Source: an uncultured delta proteobacterium
Lineage (GTDB): Bacteria; Desulfobacterota; Binatia; Binatales; Binataceae
DNA length: 64,000 nt
Direction: 5' to 3'
NCBI GenBank assembly: GCA_963711565.1
Contig: CAVQEQ010000001.1
Span: 1-64,000 of the forward strand
Positions 8,030 to 17,409 of the stretch are shown here, piece after piece (positions within the stretch are counted from its first letter, which is position 1; the number at the start of each line of letters is the position of its first letter). The notes below the pieces were generated by a model that worked only from the letters and a program-made list of their open reading frames with translations, searched no databases and was not told the DNA's origin. The translations under genes and the position numbers were made by a program.

Positions 8030-8785
8030 TCACTCCAGGTACGTCACGACGGCGAGGTTGGCGGCGCTCGCGTCAACATAAAATTGCCGGAGCTGTCGGA
8101 AGGCGTCCATGAGCCATTGCTCGTCGTAGGGCTTGAATTGCCCCGGATAGATACCGAGCGTCGCCATCTTATCCGGATCCCATCGCGCGGTCATCTCCGC
8201 TTCAAGATTCGGCCGGCTCAGTTCGCGGGCAATCTGGACGACTGTGCCGGCGTCGAAGTAGCGTGCGGGTCCATAGCCGAGGTCTTCGCCGACTTCCGTC
8301 CCACCCATAACTGCCTGGCTCGCGAGGTCGGTTCCGGGCTGGATCTTGCCACACAACAGGTAGTGCACTCCGTGCCAGGCTTTCTCGAGCGAGATGCTGG
8401 CACCCTTGCCCGACGCTTGCGCGCTGCCCCCAGATGCGGGCGGCTGACCAGCTTGCCCCGCCATCGCCGAACCGCGAAGGCGCTCGGCCATCAGTTTCGC
8501 GAGCGCGGCAGCGCCTTCGCCGCGTGCGAGTGCCTGGAGGTCAACACCTGCGTCCGTGAGCAACTTCGTGATGCTTTCCTGCGTTGCCGGATCTATCTTC
8601 CCCATCGTGCCTGTAAGTATCTGCGGCACGCGGCTCTGCAGCAGTCTCGTCATCGCTTCCGTCATTTTCGGGACGCCTTGCACGACTTGCTCCGAGACGA
8701 AAAGTCCTTCGACGCCTGAAGGATCGTCAATAATCTGTCTCAGCCGATCCGGCGAGACTTGCACAAAACGCCCCATCATCGACAT
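8030..8785 (-). CDS. YfbM/DUF1877 family protein with a long internal insertion
   Basis: MSMMGRF, SLEKAWHGVHYLL, GYGPARY, GIYP. Confidence 0.8.
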   Translation of the reverse strand: MSMMGRFVQVSPDRLRQIIDDPSGVEGLFVSEQVVQGVPKMTEAMTRLLQSRVPQILTGTMGKIDPATQESITKLLTDAGVDLQALARGEGAAALAKLMAERLRGSAMAGQAGQPPASGGSAQASGKGASISLEKAWHGVHYLLCGKIQPGTDLASQAVMGGTEVGEDLGYGPARYFDAGTVVQIARELSRPNLEAEMTARWDPDKMATLGIYPGQFKPYDEQWLMDAFRQLRQFYVDASAANLAVVTYLE

Positions 8786-8815
8786 GCCTTTTCCTCCCCC
8801 GGGAGAATCCTACAA

Positions 8816-9460
8816 TTAGTATTCCCGGACCATCCGCATGAAGCCGGCGGCGCCTAGCACCGCCTCGAAGGCGGGATGGCGCTTTTCGTCGGTCACTCTG
8901 AATCCCGCCTTTTCGTAGGCTCGTTGCGCCGCGAGGTTGCCGATCAGAATCGTGAGCTGCGCGATGCGGTGGCCGCGCGCGCGGCCGGAATCCAGAATCT
9001 CCGCCATCAGCGAATCGACGAGTCCGCGCCGCCTGAACTCCGGAATCGTCGCGACCGACTCGATCACCCACGCGCCGTCGAGCGTGTCGAAGGTGCATTG
9101 CCAGACCGGCGCGGTTCGCGCGGCCGACGCTTTCTCGTCCGCTTGAGTCCAGCCAATCTCTCTCTGGACGCTTTGCATCGCGTCGCTCAGCGTTTGCCAT
9201 CCACCGGCGCGCGGGTCGAAGCCGCACAGCGCCGCAGCAGGGCATCCGTCATGCTCCGCGACGATGAAACTCGAGTAGTGACAGAGCGACACCGGCTCCG
9301 CGAGCGCCAGCCGCCGCAAGTAGTCGAGACAGGTTGCTTCGGAACCGCCGGCAATCAGGTCCCACACGCCGCGCCTAAGATGTCCGCGCGACGCGAGCAT
9401 CATCACCTGCGCCAGGAAAGTCGCGTCATCCGCGTTGCCGCGTCGAATCTTTACACTCAT
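8816..9460 (-). CDS. GNAT N-acetyltransferase
   Basis: VATIPEFRRRG, GNLAAQRAYEKAGF. Confidence 0.9.
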   Translation of the reverse strand: MSVKIRRGNADDATFLAQVMMLASRGHLRRGVWDLIAGGSEATCLDYLRRLALAEPVSLCHYSSFIVAEHDGCPAAALCGFDPRAGGWQTLSDAMQSVQREIGWTQADEKASAARTAPVWQCTFDTLDGAWVIESVATIPEFRRRGLVDSLMAEILDSGRARGHRIAQLTILIGNLAAQRAYEKAGFRVTDEKRHPAFEAVLGAAGFMRMVREY

Positions 9461-9592
9461 TGGTCTGACGGAACGATACTAGGATTTCATTCGGGCGGGC
9501 GCCAACCTCGCATCGCACAATCTGTAGGTTCCTTGTTTGAGCGGCGCTTATCGGCTAAGTGTCCAAATCACACTCGCAGTGAGGGAATCAAC

Positions 9593-10618
9593 ATGGCAGA
9601 GCTGAAGAATCGGCAGTGGCTGCTCGCGGCGCGTCCGCAGGGCATAATCAAGGAAAGCGACTTCCGCTGGAATGAAACGGCCGTTCCCGCGTTCAAGGAC
9701 GGCCAGGTCCTCGTCCGCAACCTCGCGTTCTCATTCGATCCCACGCAGCGCGGCTGGATGTCGATGGATACCTACATGCCCGCGATTCCTCTTGGCCAGA
9801 CGATGAAGGCCGGCACGGTAGGACAGGTGGTCGATTCCAAGCGTCCCGGATTCGCCAAGGGCGACCTCGTGCAGGGACTCTTCGGATGGGAGGACTACAC
9901 GGTCAACGGCGGCGAAGGCTTGATGGGCTTGCAGAAGCTGCCGGCCGGCACCGATCCGATCCTGGCGCTGTCGTTGCTCGGAACCACCGGACTGACGGCA
10001 TACTTCGGCACGCTCGCAGTCGGTGCAGTCAAGTCCGGCGAGACGTTCGTCGTCTCGGGCGCGGCCGGCGCGACCGGTTCGGTATCCGGGATGATCGCGA
10101 AGATCAAAGGATGCCGCGTAGTTGGTATCGCGGGCGGGCGCGAGAAGTGCGACTGGCTATTGAAAGAGGCGGGCTTCGACGCCGCGATTGACTATAAGAA
10201 TGAAGATGTCGGCAAGGCGCTGACCAAGCATTGCCCGCAAGGCATCAATGTCTATTTCGACAACGTCGGCGGCGAGATCCTCGATCACGCGCTGGCGCGA
10301 TTGACCTTCGGCGCGCGGGTCGTGCTGTGCGGCGCGATTTCGCAGTACAACAATCTCGGCGAGAGAACTCCGGTCGGGCCCAAGAACTACTTCAACTTAA
10401 TCATGTTCGGCGCGCGGATGGAGGGCTTCCTCGTATTCCACTTCCTCGCTCGCTATCCCGAAGCGATCGCTGAAATGTCGAAGTGGTACGCAGAGGGCAA
10501 GCTCAAAAACCAGATCGATTTGCAGCAAGGGCTCGAGAACGCGCCGAAGACGATCATCCGCTTGTTCACCGGCGCGAACTTCGGCAAGCAGTTGTTGAAG
10601 CTGGGCGATCCGCAATAG
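9593..10618 (+). CDS. NADP-dependent oxidoreductase (MDR, CurA/PTGR-like)
   Basis: LAARPQG, SFDPTQRGWM, VSGAAGATGS, YFDNVGG, CGAISQYN. Confidence 0.92.
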   Translation: MAELKNRQWLLAARPQGIIKESDFRWNETAVPAFKDGQVLVRNLAFSFDPTQRGWMSMDTYMPAIPLGQTMKAGTVGQVVDSKRPGFAKGDLVQGLFGWEDYTVNGGEGLMGLQKLPAGTDPILALSLLGTTGLTAYFGTLAVGAVKSGETFVVSGAAGATGSVSGMIAKIKGCRVVGIAGGREKCDWLLKEAGFDAAIDYKNEDVGKALTKHCPQGINVYFDNVGGEILDHALARLTFGARVVLCGAISQYNNLGERTPVGPKNYFNLIMFGARMEGFLVFHFLARYPEAIAEMSKWYAEGKLKNQIDLQQGLENAPKTIIRLFTGANFGKQLLKLGDPQ

Positions 10619-10621
10619 CAA

Positions 10622-11770
10622 ATGTCGGCGGGGGGTCGCATCCGTATCAGCGCGCACATCGGTGCGGGGCTTTTGGCGATAGCGCTCGCCGGATGCGTCA
10701 TCGGCGCGCCGATGGCACCGGTGCAGGTACCTGCCAGCCACGGCCAGCTGAACTTGTGCACCGGCGCTCCCGCCCTGCCGCCGAACAACCTTGCATCGAA
10801 TCCGAACTACGTCGAGTTTTCTGTCGATGTCATCGACTCGACCGGCGCTCCAACCATCGGCCTCGCGCAGTCCGACTTCGTTGCCACCGAGAACGATCGA
10901 CCGGTTCCGATCGCATACTTTCGCGCGGAGCAGGACCGGCCGCCGGTCGCAATCGGAATACTCGTCAACAAGTCGGGGAGCATGGTCACGAAACTGCCGG
11001 TCGTCAGTGCCAGCGTGGACGCGCTGTTGCCGAAGCTCGATGCCTGCGACGAAGTGATGCTCTACGCGTTCGGAATGGACCCGATAGTGGTGCAGGACTT
11101 TACGACCGATCATGCGCTCGCAGCAGAACGCCTGAAGCTCATCGGCGCGTGGGGTGGGACGCCCTTCTATGACGGGGTGAGTCAAGGAATCGCGCGACTC
11201 GACGCGAGCCACTATCCCGATCGGGTCGCGATCATTTTCACTGATGACGCCCCAGGCCTGTTGGGGTCGCCTTCCCTCGACAACGGCAGCACGATCGCGA
11301 CACGGAACGGTATCGTAAATTCGGCGCTCAATTCGCAGAGCCGTTTCTTCGTGGTCGGCGTCGGCAAGCCGGACGCTAAACAATTTCCCATAGGAATCGG
11401 CATAGGCCCGTGGGCCATCGGCAGCGCACCGAACGGCGTGGGCGCGGCGGATCTGAAAACTCTCGCGACGGACCTGCAAGGCGAGTTCTACCTCATCGCG
11501 GCCGAGCCCGATGAAAACGCGCCCAAGGTAAAGGTCCAACCGCGCGACACTGGGGGCGTCGAGGCGACCCCCAGTTACTACCCACTCGCGGCCGACCCCG
11601 GCGAGATTGAGCAGTTTGCCACAGCGCTTGCTTCTCAAATCGACAGGCACTACACGATTGGGCTTATCACGTCGGGACCAGCGGCGACGAATCACATCAC
11701 GATTAAGGCGAGTCGCGGGAACGCGCGCACGACGTTTCATCAGATCAAGGTGACCTCTGCGACTCCGTGA
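10622..11770 (+). CDS. VWA-domain lipoprotein
   Basis: LAGC lipobox; V.V.DSTG.P..GLAQSDF; NKSGSM degenerate MIDAS; TPFYD; FTDD. Confidence 0.75.
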   Translation: MSAGGRIRISAHIGAGLLAIALAGCVIGAPMAPVQVPASHGQLNLCTGAPALPPNNLASNPNYVEFSVDVIDSTGAPTIGLAQSDFVATENDRPVPIAYFRAEQDRPPVAIGILVNKSGSMVTKLPVVSASVDALLPKLDACDEVMLYAFGMDPIVVQDFTTDHALAAERLKLIGAWGGTPFYDGVSQGIARLDASHYPDRVAIIFTDDAPGLLGSPSLDNGSTIATRNGIVNSALNSQSRFFVVGVGKPDAKQFPIGIGIGPWAIGSAPNGVGAADLKTLATDLQGEFYLIAAEPDENAPKVKVQPRDTGGVEATPSYYPLAADPGEIEQFATALASQIDRHYTIGLITSGPAATNHITIKASRGNARTTFHQIKVTSATP

Positions 11771-12312
11771 AAGTGCCGATGAGACTTGATGCTGACGCCG
11801 GCCGATTGACGGTCGTGCGCGCCGCCAGCGCCGACTACGACTCTGTGATGGCGATTCTGCGCGAAGCGGCAGATTGGCTGAGCGCGCGAGGCATTCATCA
11901 GTGGTACCACTGGTACATGGACGCCGGCGAATGGGTGCTGCGCGAACGCCTCGAACATCACGAGGTCTATATGTTCCGACGCGAAAACTCGCCGGTCGGC
12001 ACGTTGACCATCCAGTGGTCCGACCCCGAGGTGTGGGGCGAACGCGGCATCGACGGACAGGCCGGTTACATTCATGGAATGGCGATCGCGCGGAGCGCGG
12101 CTGGGATGCGAGTCGGTGAGCGGATGCTCGAATGGGCGATCGCTACTATCGCCGCGCGCGACTTGCCCTTCGCGCGGCTGGACGCGATGGCTTCGAACGC
12201 GCCGCTGTGTCGCTACTACGAGCAACGCGGCTTCGTGCCGCTGGGCACCGCCTTGCTGCCCGGGAACTTCACGACGCGGTTGTTCGAACGCGAACTGCTG
12301 CCGAGCAGTTGA
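11767..12312 (+). CDS. GNAT N-acetyltransferase
   Basis: RLDAMASNAPLCRYYEQRGF. Confidence 0.85.
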   Translation: MKVPMRLDADAGRLTVVRAASADYDSVMAILREAADWLSARGIHQWYHWYMDAGEWVLRERLEHHEVYMFRRENSPVGTLTIQWSDPEVWGERGIDGQAGYIHGMAIARSAAGMRVGERMLEWAIATIAARDLPFARLDAMASNAPLCRYYEQRGFVPLGTALLPGNFTTRLFERELLPSS

Positions 12313-12349
12313 GAGGCGGCGCCCCGCAATAGCATCGCTGCAAAATATT

Positions 12350-12724
12350 ATGATTGATCACATCAGCCTCAGAGTTTCGGATTTCCAGCGGAGCCGTGCG
12401 TTCTACGAAACGGCGCTTGCATCACTCGGCTACACCCTCGTGTTCAGCAACGACCAGGAGCAATACGCAGGCTTCGCCGGACCCGATCGCGAGCGAATCT
12501 GGATCGGCCGCAACGACGGTCCTCGCGGCTACGCCCATATCGCGATTTCTGCTCCGGACCGTGCGACCGTTCGCCGCTTCTATGAGGCGGCGATAAAAGC
12601 CGGCGGGCGCGACAACGGCCCGCCCGGTCCGCGTCCGCAGTACAGCCCGACCTACTACGGCGCTTTCGTGCTGGATCCGGACGGCCACAATATCGAGGCC
12701 GTCTGCTTCGCCAGGGGCGAGTAG
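12350..12724 (+). CDS. VOC/glyoxalase family protein
   Basis: MIDHISLRVSD, GGRDNGPPGPRP, YYGAFVLDPDGHNIEAV. Confidence 0.92.
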   Translation: MIDHISLRVSDFQRSRAFYETALASLGYTLVFSNDQEQYAGFAGPDRERIWIGRNDGPRGYAHIAISAPDRATVRRFYEAAIKAGGRDNGPPGPRPQYSPTYYGAFVLDPDGHNIEAVCFARGE

Positions 12725-12804
12725 CCTGACTGGTTGATCAAACCGGGAAACTACGCAGCCGGTCTTCTATCAGCGCAGGAATTCTCGAAGTACGCTGAGC
12801 GACA

Positions 12805-13698
12805 CTATTCGGACTTATCGCCCGACGCGCGCGGCTGAGCAGCAAGGAAGCTCGCCGATTCCTGCATTTCCAGGACTGGGCGGAAGCCGTTGCGGGCGAG
12901 GTCGGGTCGCACGACCTCGATTGGATCGCGGGTGTCGTCGACGTAGCCGAGTGCGTATGCGCCCAGCCGGTAGCCCATTAGTCTCAGCAGGTTGACGGGA
13001 AGTGTTCGCGCGATCTCCAGTGGTACCGACAAATACTGGTTCTCTTCCTGGCGGAGCCACGACACGTTGTAGGTGATGTTGATTCCGGTGCGGATGTTTT
13101 TCGAGCGGTTCGCGCCACCGCCGTGGTAGATGCTGCCGGTGTAGAACAGCACCGAGCCCTTGGTCATCTCGGCCGGCTCGGTGTCGGCCTCGGTGAAGCG
13201 CAGCTTATCGTCGAAGCGATTGCTGCCGGGAATCACACGCGTGGCGCCGTTTTCCGCTGTGAAATCGGTCATCGCCCAAATCGTGTTGCACTGGACCTCG
13301 TAGCCACGCGGGAACGGGAAGAAATCGAACGCCCACTGGTCGCGATGAATCGTCTGGGCCGGCTCGCCGGGTCCAATCGAAATGATTTGCGTGAGATGGA
13401 GCTGAAAGCTGGTCGCATGGCCGAGCATTTTGCCGACGGCGCCGAGCACCGTCGGATTCATCACGAGCTCGCGTGATTTCGGCGAGCGCGCGATCAGCCC
13501 GCCCGTCCTGCGCGTGCGGCGTCCGCTGAAATCGTCGGGGCCGAGCGGCGTTTTTTCAGCAAATGGACGCAGCTCATGCGCAACTTCGTCCATGACTTCG
13601 GGTCGCACGACGTTGTCGACAACGACGCAGCCGTCTTCGGCGAGCGCCGCGCAAATCTCGTCAGCCGAAGCCGATGCCGGTAGATGTCTAATGCTCAT
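12805..13698 (-). CDS. Phytanoyl-CoA dioxygenase (PhyH) family
   Basis: QTIHRDQ (HxD), DFTAENGATRVIPGS, HGGGAN, LRQEEN. Confidence 0.9.
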   Translation of the reverse strand: MSIRHLPASASADEICAALAEDGCVVVDNVVRPEVMDEVAHELRPFAEKTPLGPDDFSGRRTRRTGGLIARSPKSRELVMNPTVLGAVGKMLGHATSFQLHLTQIISIGPGEPAQTIHRDQWAFDFFPFPRGYEVQCNTIWAMTDFTAENGATRVIPGSNRFDDKLRFTEADTEPAEMTKGSVLFYTGSIYHGGGANRSKNIRTGINITYNVSWLRQEENQYLSVPLEIARTLPVNLLRLMGYRLGAYALGYVDDTRDPIEVVRPDLARNGFRPVLEMQESASFLAAQPRASGDKSE

Positions 13699-13823
13699 TT
13701 TTTTCAGTATTAAGGCCGCGCTCCGTTGTCGCGCGCGGGTCTCCGCTGAAATTGTATCCTGCATCATTCTTTAAATCGATGCGATGCGATAGGTTCTGAA
13801 CGTCGAATGGAGGAACTGCTCCG

Positions 13824-14615
13824 ATGGCCGATCTACTGGTCGAAAAAACCAATCACCTGGGAATTTTGAAGCTCAACCGCCCCGATCGCATGAACGCGAT
13901 CAGCGTCGAGATGCTCAACGACCTCGGCGAAGCGCTCAAGGATTTCGACAGCGATCCAAAAGTGCGCGCGATCATCCTGACTGGCGAGGGCCGGGGCTTT
14001 TGCAGCGGTCTCGATCTCAAGGACACCGCCGCCGGCCGCGGCATCGGAGCGGGACTCGCTGCGCCGGGAGCGTCGCACGTCAGCACGCGCGAGCTGCCGA
14101 CGGTGACGCTCAATCGAATCGACCTGCCCGTCATCTGCGCGATCAACGGCGCGGCGGCCGGCTACGGATTCGATCTCGCGCTCGGATGCGACCTGCGATT
14201 GATCAGCGATCGCGCCAAGCTGGTGCCCGCGTTCGCCAAGCGCGGCATCGTGCCCGAAAGCGGCGGGACGTGGTATTTACCGCGCCTGGTGGGATGGGCG
14301 CGCGCGTGCGAAATCGGCTTCATCGCCGACGATATTGCGCCCGCCCGGGCGGTCGAGCTGGGACTCGCGAACAAAGTCGTGCCGCACGAAGAATTGATGG
14401 AAGAGGCGACGCGATGGGCGTCGAAGATCGCGGCGAACGCGCCGCTCGCGATTCGCGCGATGAAGCGATTGTTCCGCCACGGCCTCAGCGAGGACTTCGA
14501 ATCGCATACGCATCACGTGCTGATGCAACTGCTGGTGCTGTTCCGATCCGGTGATTTCAAGGAAGGACTCGAAGCGTTCATGGCCAAGCGCGATCCGAAT
14601 TTCAGCGGGCGTTGA
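13824..14615 (+). CDS. Enoyl-CoA hydratase/isomerase family
   Basis: LNRPDRMNA, FCSGLDL, AINGAAAGYG, GIVPESG. Confidence 0.92.
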   Translation: MADLLVEKTNHLGILKLNRPDRMNAISVEMLNDLGEALKDFDSDPKVRAIILTGEGRGFCSGLDLKDTAAGRGIGAGLAAPGASHVSTRELPTVTLNRIDLPVICAINGAAAGYGFDLALGCDLRLISDRAKLVPAFAKRGIVPESGGTWYLPRLVGWARACEIGFIADDIAPARAVELGLANKVVPHEELMEEATRWASKIAANAPLAIRAMKRLFRHGLSEDFESHTHHVLMQLLVLFRSGDFKEGLEAFMAKRDPNFSGR

Positions 14616-14625
14616 CGTGGTTAGA

Positions 14626-15471
14626 TCAATCGTCGCGGCGGGGGCCGGGCTGCATGAATGCGATCGCGACGCCGTCGAGCGGATCGACGATTCGCGCGAT
14701 CTGGCCGCCTTGAATCGCAAGCTTGGGCTCCGTCGCTTGCAGGCCGTTCGCGCGCGCGGTTGCGACTGCCTCGTCAATGTCCTTGCACATCAGGGCGAGC
14801 CCCCAGCATCCGGAACGTCCGCGCGTCGCCGGCCCGACGACTTCGAGGACAGTCTGCTCGAGCTTGAAGAAGGCCTGCCGCGCACCGTTGCCAACTTCAC
14901 GAATTCGCTTGCACGGGACGCCAATCGCCTCGATAGCAGCTATGGCGTCATCCAGCACGGGAGTCATCACGACGATATGTTCGAGGTACTCGACAGTGTT
15001 CGCGTTGGTCCCGCAGAGCCGTGCGAGCGACTGGCGGCGCGACTCGATGTCGAGAGCGGTCGGCGCCGCCGCGGTTACGACTCCCGCCAATCCCGACGAC
15101 AGCATCTCGGCCTTTAGCGCGGGCTGCGCCAGACCCGGTAGCTGGATTGATTCTATAGATGGACCCGAGCTCGACTCACGCTCATCTGAAATCAACACGC
15201 CCTTCACGCCCCAGGTCCATCCGACGATGCCTCCGGCGCTGTCGCTCCCGGTCGCGTCGCGCAAATGTTGAGCTAGGGGAGACCTGGATTCGGCCGATCG
15301 AAGCGCGCAGAGATCGATTTCCACGGCGCCTGCGCCCAGCCGTGCGATGCGAATACCGTCGGCATCAAACTCCCCGCTCGCGACGGCAAATCCGGCCCGC
15401 CGCCAGTTTTCGCGCGACGCGGCTAGATCGCGCACGGCGACGAGGACTCTTTCGACACAAATTATGCCCAC
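14626..15471 (-). CDS. Two-domain VOC family protein
   Basis: ERVLVAVRDL and LEHIVVMTPVLD repeats; QAFFKL..LEVVGP. Confidence 0.7.
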   Translation of the reverse strand: MGIICVERVLVAVRDLAASRENWRRAGFAVASGEFDADGIRIARLGAGAVEIDLCALRSAESRSPLAQHLRDATGSDSAGGIVGWTWGVKGVLISDERESSSGPSIESIQLPGLAQPALKAEMLSSGLAGVVTAAAPTALDIESRRQSLARLCGTNANTVEYLEHIVVMTPVLDDAIAAIEAIGVPCKRIREVGNGARQAFFKLEQTVLEVVGPATRGRSGCWGLALMCKDIDEAVATARANGLQATEPKLAIQGGQIARIVDPLDGVAIAFMQPGPRRDD

Positions 15472-15667
15472 GATTTGAACCTTTGAGGGAGGCTATCGTC
15501 CCTTAGTCCGGGATACCAGACGTTACAAATTATCTGCACCAATGTCCGCGGAGTGCTTTTAATGCCTCATTTTAGTAACGATAATCGACGTTCAAGCATC
15601 TATGCTCGCGTTGTGACAAGTTGTAGTATTCTATGACAATTATGATTACACCCAAAGGGGGCATTTG

Positions 15668-16948
15668 ATGACAATCTCGTGGCAAGCGTTCCAGCGTGAA
15701 GCGCTCGACAGTTTGCGCGCGCTGGTCCGGCTGGACACCACCAATCCACCCGGCAATGAACGAATCGCGGCCGATCACATGGCGGAGGCGCTCGGCGCTC
15801 ACGGGGTAGAATCCGTGATCCGCGAAAGCGCGCCGACGCGCGCGAACCTGGTTGCGCGCTACAAGGGCACCGATTCCTCGGCGGGCGCCCTGCTGCTCTC
15901 GTCACATACCGACGTCGTTCCGGTCGAGAGATCGGGATGGACCCGCGAGCCGTTCAGCGGCGAGACCGCCGACGGCTGCTTGTGGGGCCGCGGCTCGATC
16001 GACATGAAGTCTAAATGCGCGATGGACCTCGTGATGATGACGGCGATGAAGCGGGCGGGAGTGACGCCGAATCGCGATGTGATAATTGCGGCGGTCGCAG
16101 ACGAGGAAGCCGGATCGGATTTCGGCGCGAAGTTTCTGGTCGAGCGGCATCCCGAGCTGGTCCGCGCGGGCTACGTGCTCAACGAAGTCGGCGGCTTCAC
16201 CGTTCATCTGCGGAACAAGCGCTTCTATCCAATCCAGGTGGCGGAGAAGGGTTTCGTCACGATCAAGATGAAAGTCACCGCGCCGCCGGGGCATGGATCG
16301 ATGCCGCGCTCCGACACCGCTATCTCGAGGATGTCCGAGTTGATCACTCGGATCGTGCGGACCCCGATGCGTCGGAACGTGTCGCCGTTCATGCGCCAGA
16401 CGCTCGAGGAGATGGGCGTGCCGATCGAATCGCCGGGGCCGCTGTTCGCGCCGATGTTGTCCAACACGGTCTCGCCGACGATTCTGCGCGCGGGATACAA
16501 GGACAACGTGATTCCCGGCGAGGCGACGATCGTGCTCGACGGGCGCACGCTGCCGGGCGAAGATCCCGAGAGCTTCATGGCGGAGCTGCGGCAAATTGTC
16601 GGGCCCGAGCCGACCTTCGAGCTGCTCAAGACCGCGCCGCCGGCCGAGACCAGTCCCGATACTCCGCTGTTCGAGTTGATCAAGAAGACGGTCGAGGCGG
16701 CCGACCCCGGGTCGCTCGCGATACCGTGGATGATTCCAGGGGCGACCGACAGCAAGTTCTACTCGAAGCTCGGCGCGGCGTGCTACGGATTCTCTCCGGT
16801 CAAGCTCGATCCGCACATGCCGTTCGGATCGCTCTACCACGGCAACGACGAGCGCCTGCCAATCGAGGGCTTCTACTGGGGGCTGAAGGTTTACGCCGAA
16901 GTGGTGCTGAAATTCCTCGGCATCAAGTTCGAAGACGTGTTCGGGTGA
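15668..16948 (+). CDS. M20/M25/M40 metallo-hydrolase (ArgE/DapE-like)
   Basis: SHTDVVP, WGRGSIDMK, ADEEAG, NEVGG, GATDS, HGNDER. Confidence 0.93.
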   Translation: MTISWQAFQREALDSLRALVRLDTTNPPGNERIAADHMAEALGAHGVESVIRESAPTRANLVARYKGTDSSAGALLLSSHTDVVPVERSGWTREPFSGETADGCLWGRGSIDMKSKCAMDLVMMTAMKRAGVTPNRDVIIAAVADEEAGSDFGAKFLVERHPELVRAGYVLNEVGGFTVHLRNKRFYPIQVAEKGFVTIKMKVTAPPGHGSMPRSDTAISRMSELITRIVRTPMRRNVSPFMRQTLEEMGVPIESPGPLFAPMLSNTVSPTILRAGYKDNVIPGEATIVLDGRTLPGEDPESFMAELRQIVGPEPTFELLKTAPPAETSPDTPLFELIKKTVEAADPGSLAIPWMIPGATDSKFYSKLGAACYGFSPVKLDPHMPFGSLYHGNDERLPIEGFYWGLKVYAEVVLKFLGIKFEDVFG

Positions 16949-16963
16949 GTTTATCCGTTACCG

Positions 16964-17364
16964 GTCCTCTCTCCGCGCGGGAAGGGGCCACGAGGATAGG
17001 ACCGCACGCCACCACAATAAACTCGTTCCCCCTTTCCACTTGGAAAGGGGGCCAGGGGGATAGGACACCGCGACGCCACAACGTTTCTGTTCCCCTTCCC
17101 CATCCTGGGGAAGGGGCTAGGGGTTAGGGTCTTGCCTACGCAGCGCCGCTCGAATCGCGGCAATCACTGAACATCAGCTCCGGATCTCTCTGTTCACTCA
17201 GAGTTAACAGTATCAGCCGGTAGTGATTAGCATTGAGACGCGGCGAACGAAAGCACCCTAACCCCTGACCCCTTCCCCATAAAAATGGGGGAGGGGAACC
17301 GGAAAAAAACCGGGCGCCTCTGTCCTATCCCCCTAACCCCCTTTCCGGGGCGGAAAGGGGGAAC
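16964..17364. repeat. Cluster of five REP-like palindromes (GTTCCCC(C)TT(T)CC-n-GGAA(A)GGGG..AGGGG.TAGG)
   Basis: Three copies at ~16964, 17025 and 17089 and two inverted copies at ~17255 and 17322, between convergent genes. Confidence 0.8.
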
Positions 17365-17409
17365 AGAAAGGAGATTCGGCATGCCCTTATCTGTCTTGAA
17401 AAAGAGCGC

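Noticed and set aside
16964-17364. CRISPR array
   Set aside because: Repeats are degenerate and in both orientations, spacing is irregular, and there are no cas genes
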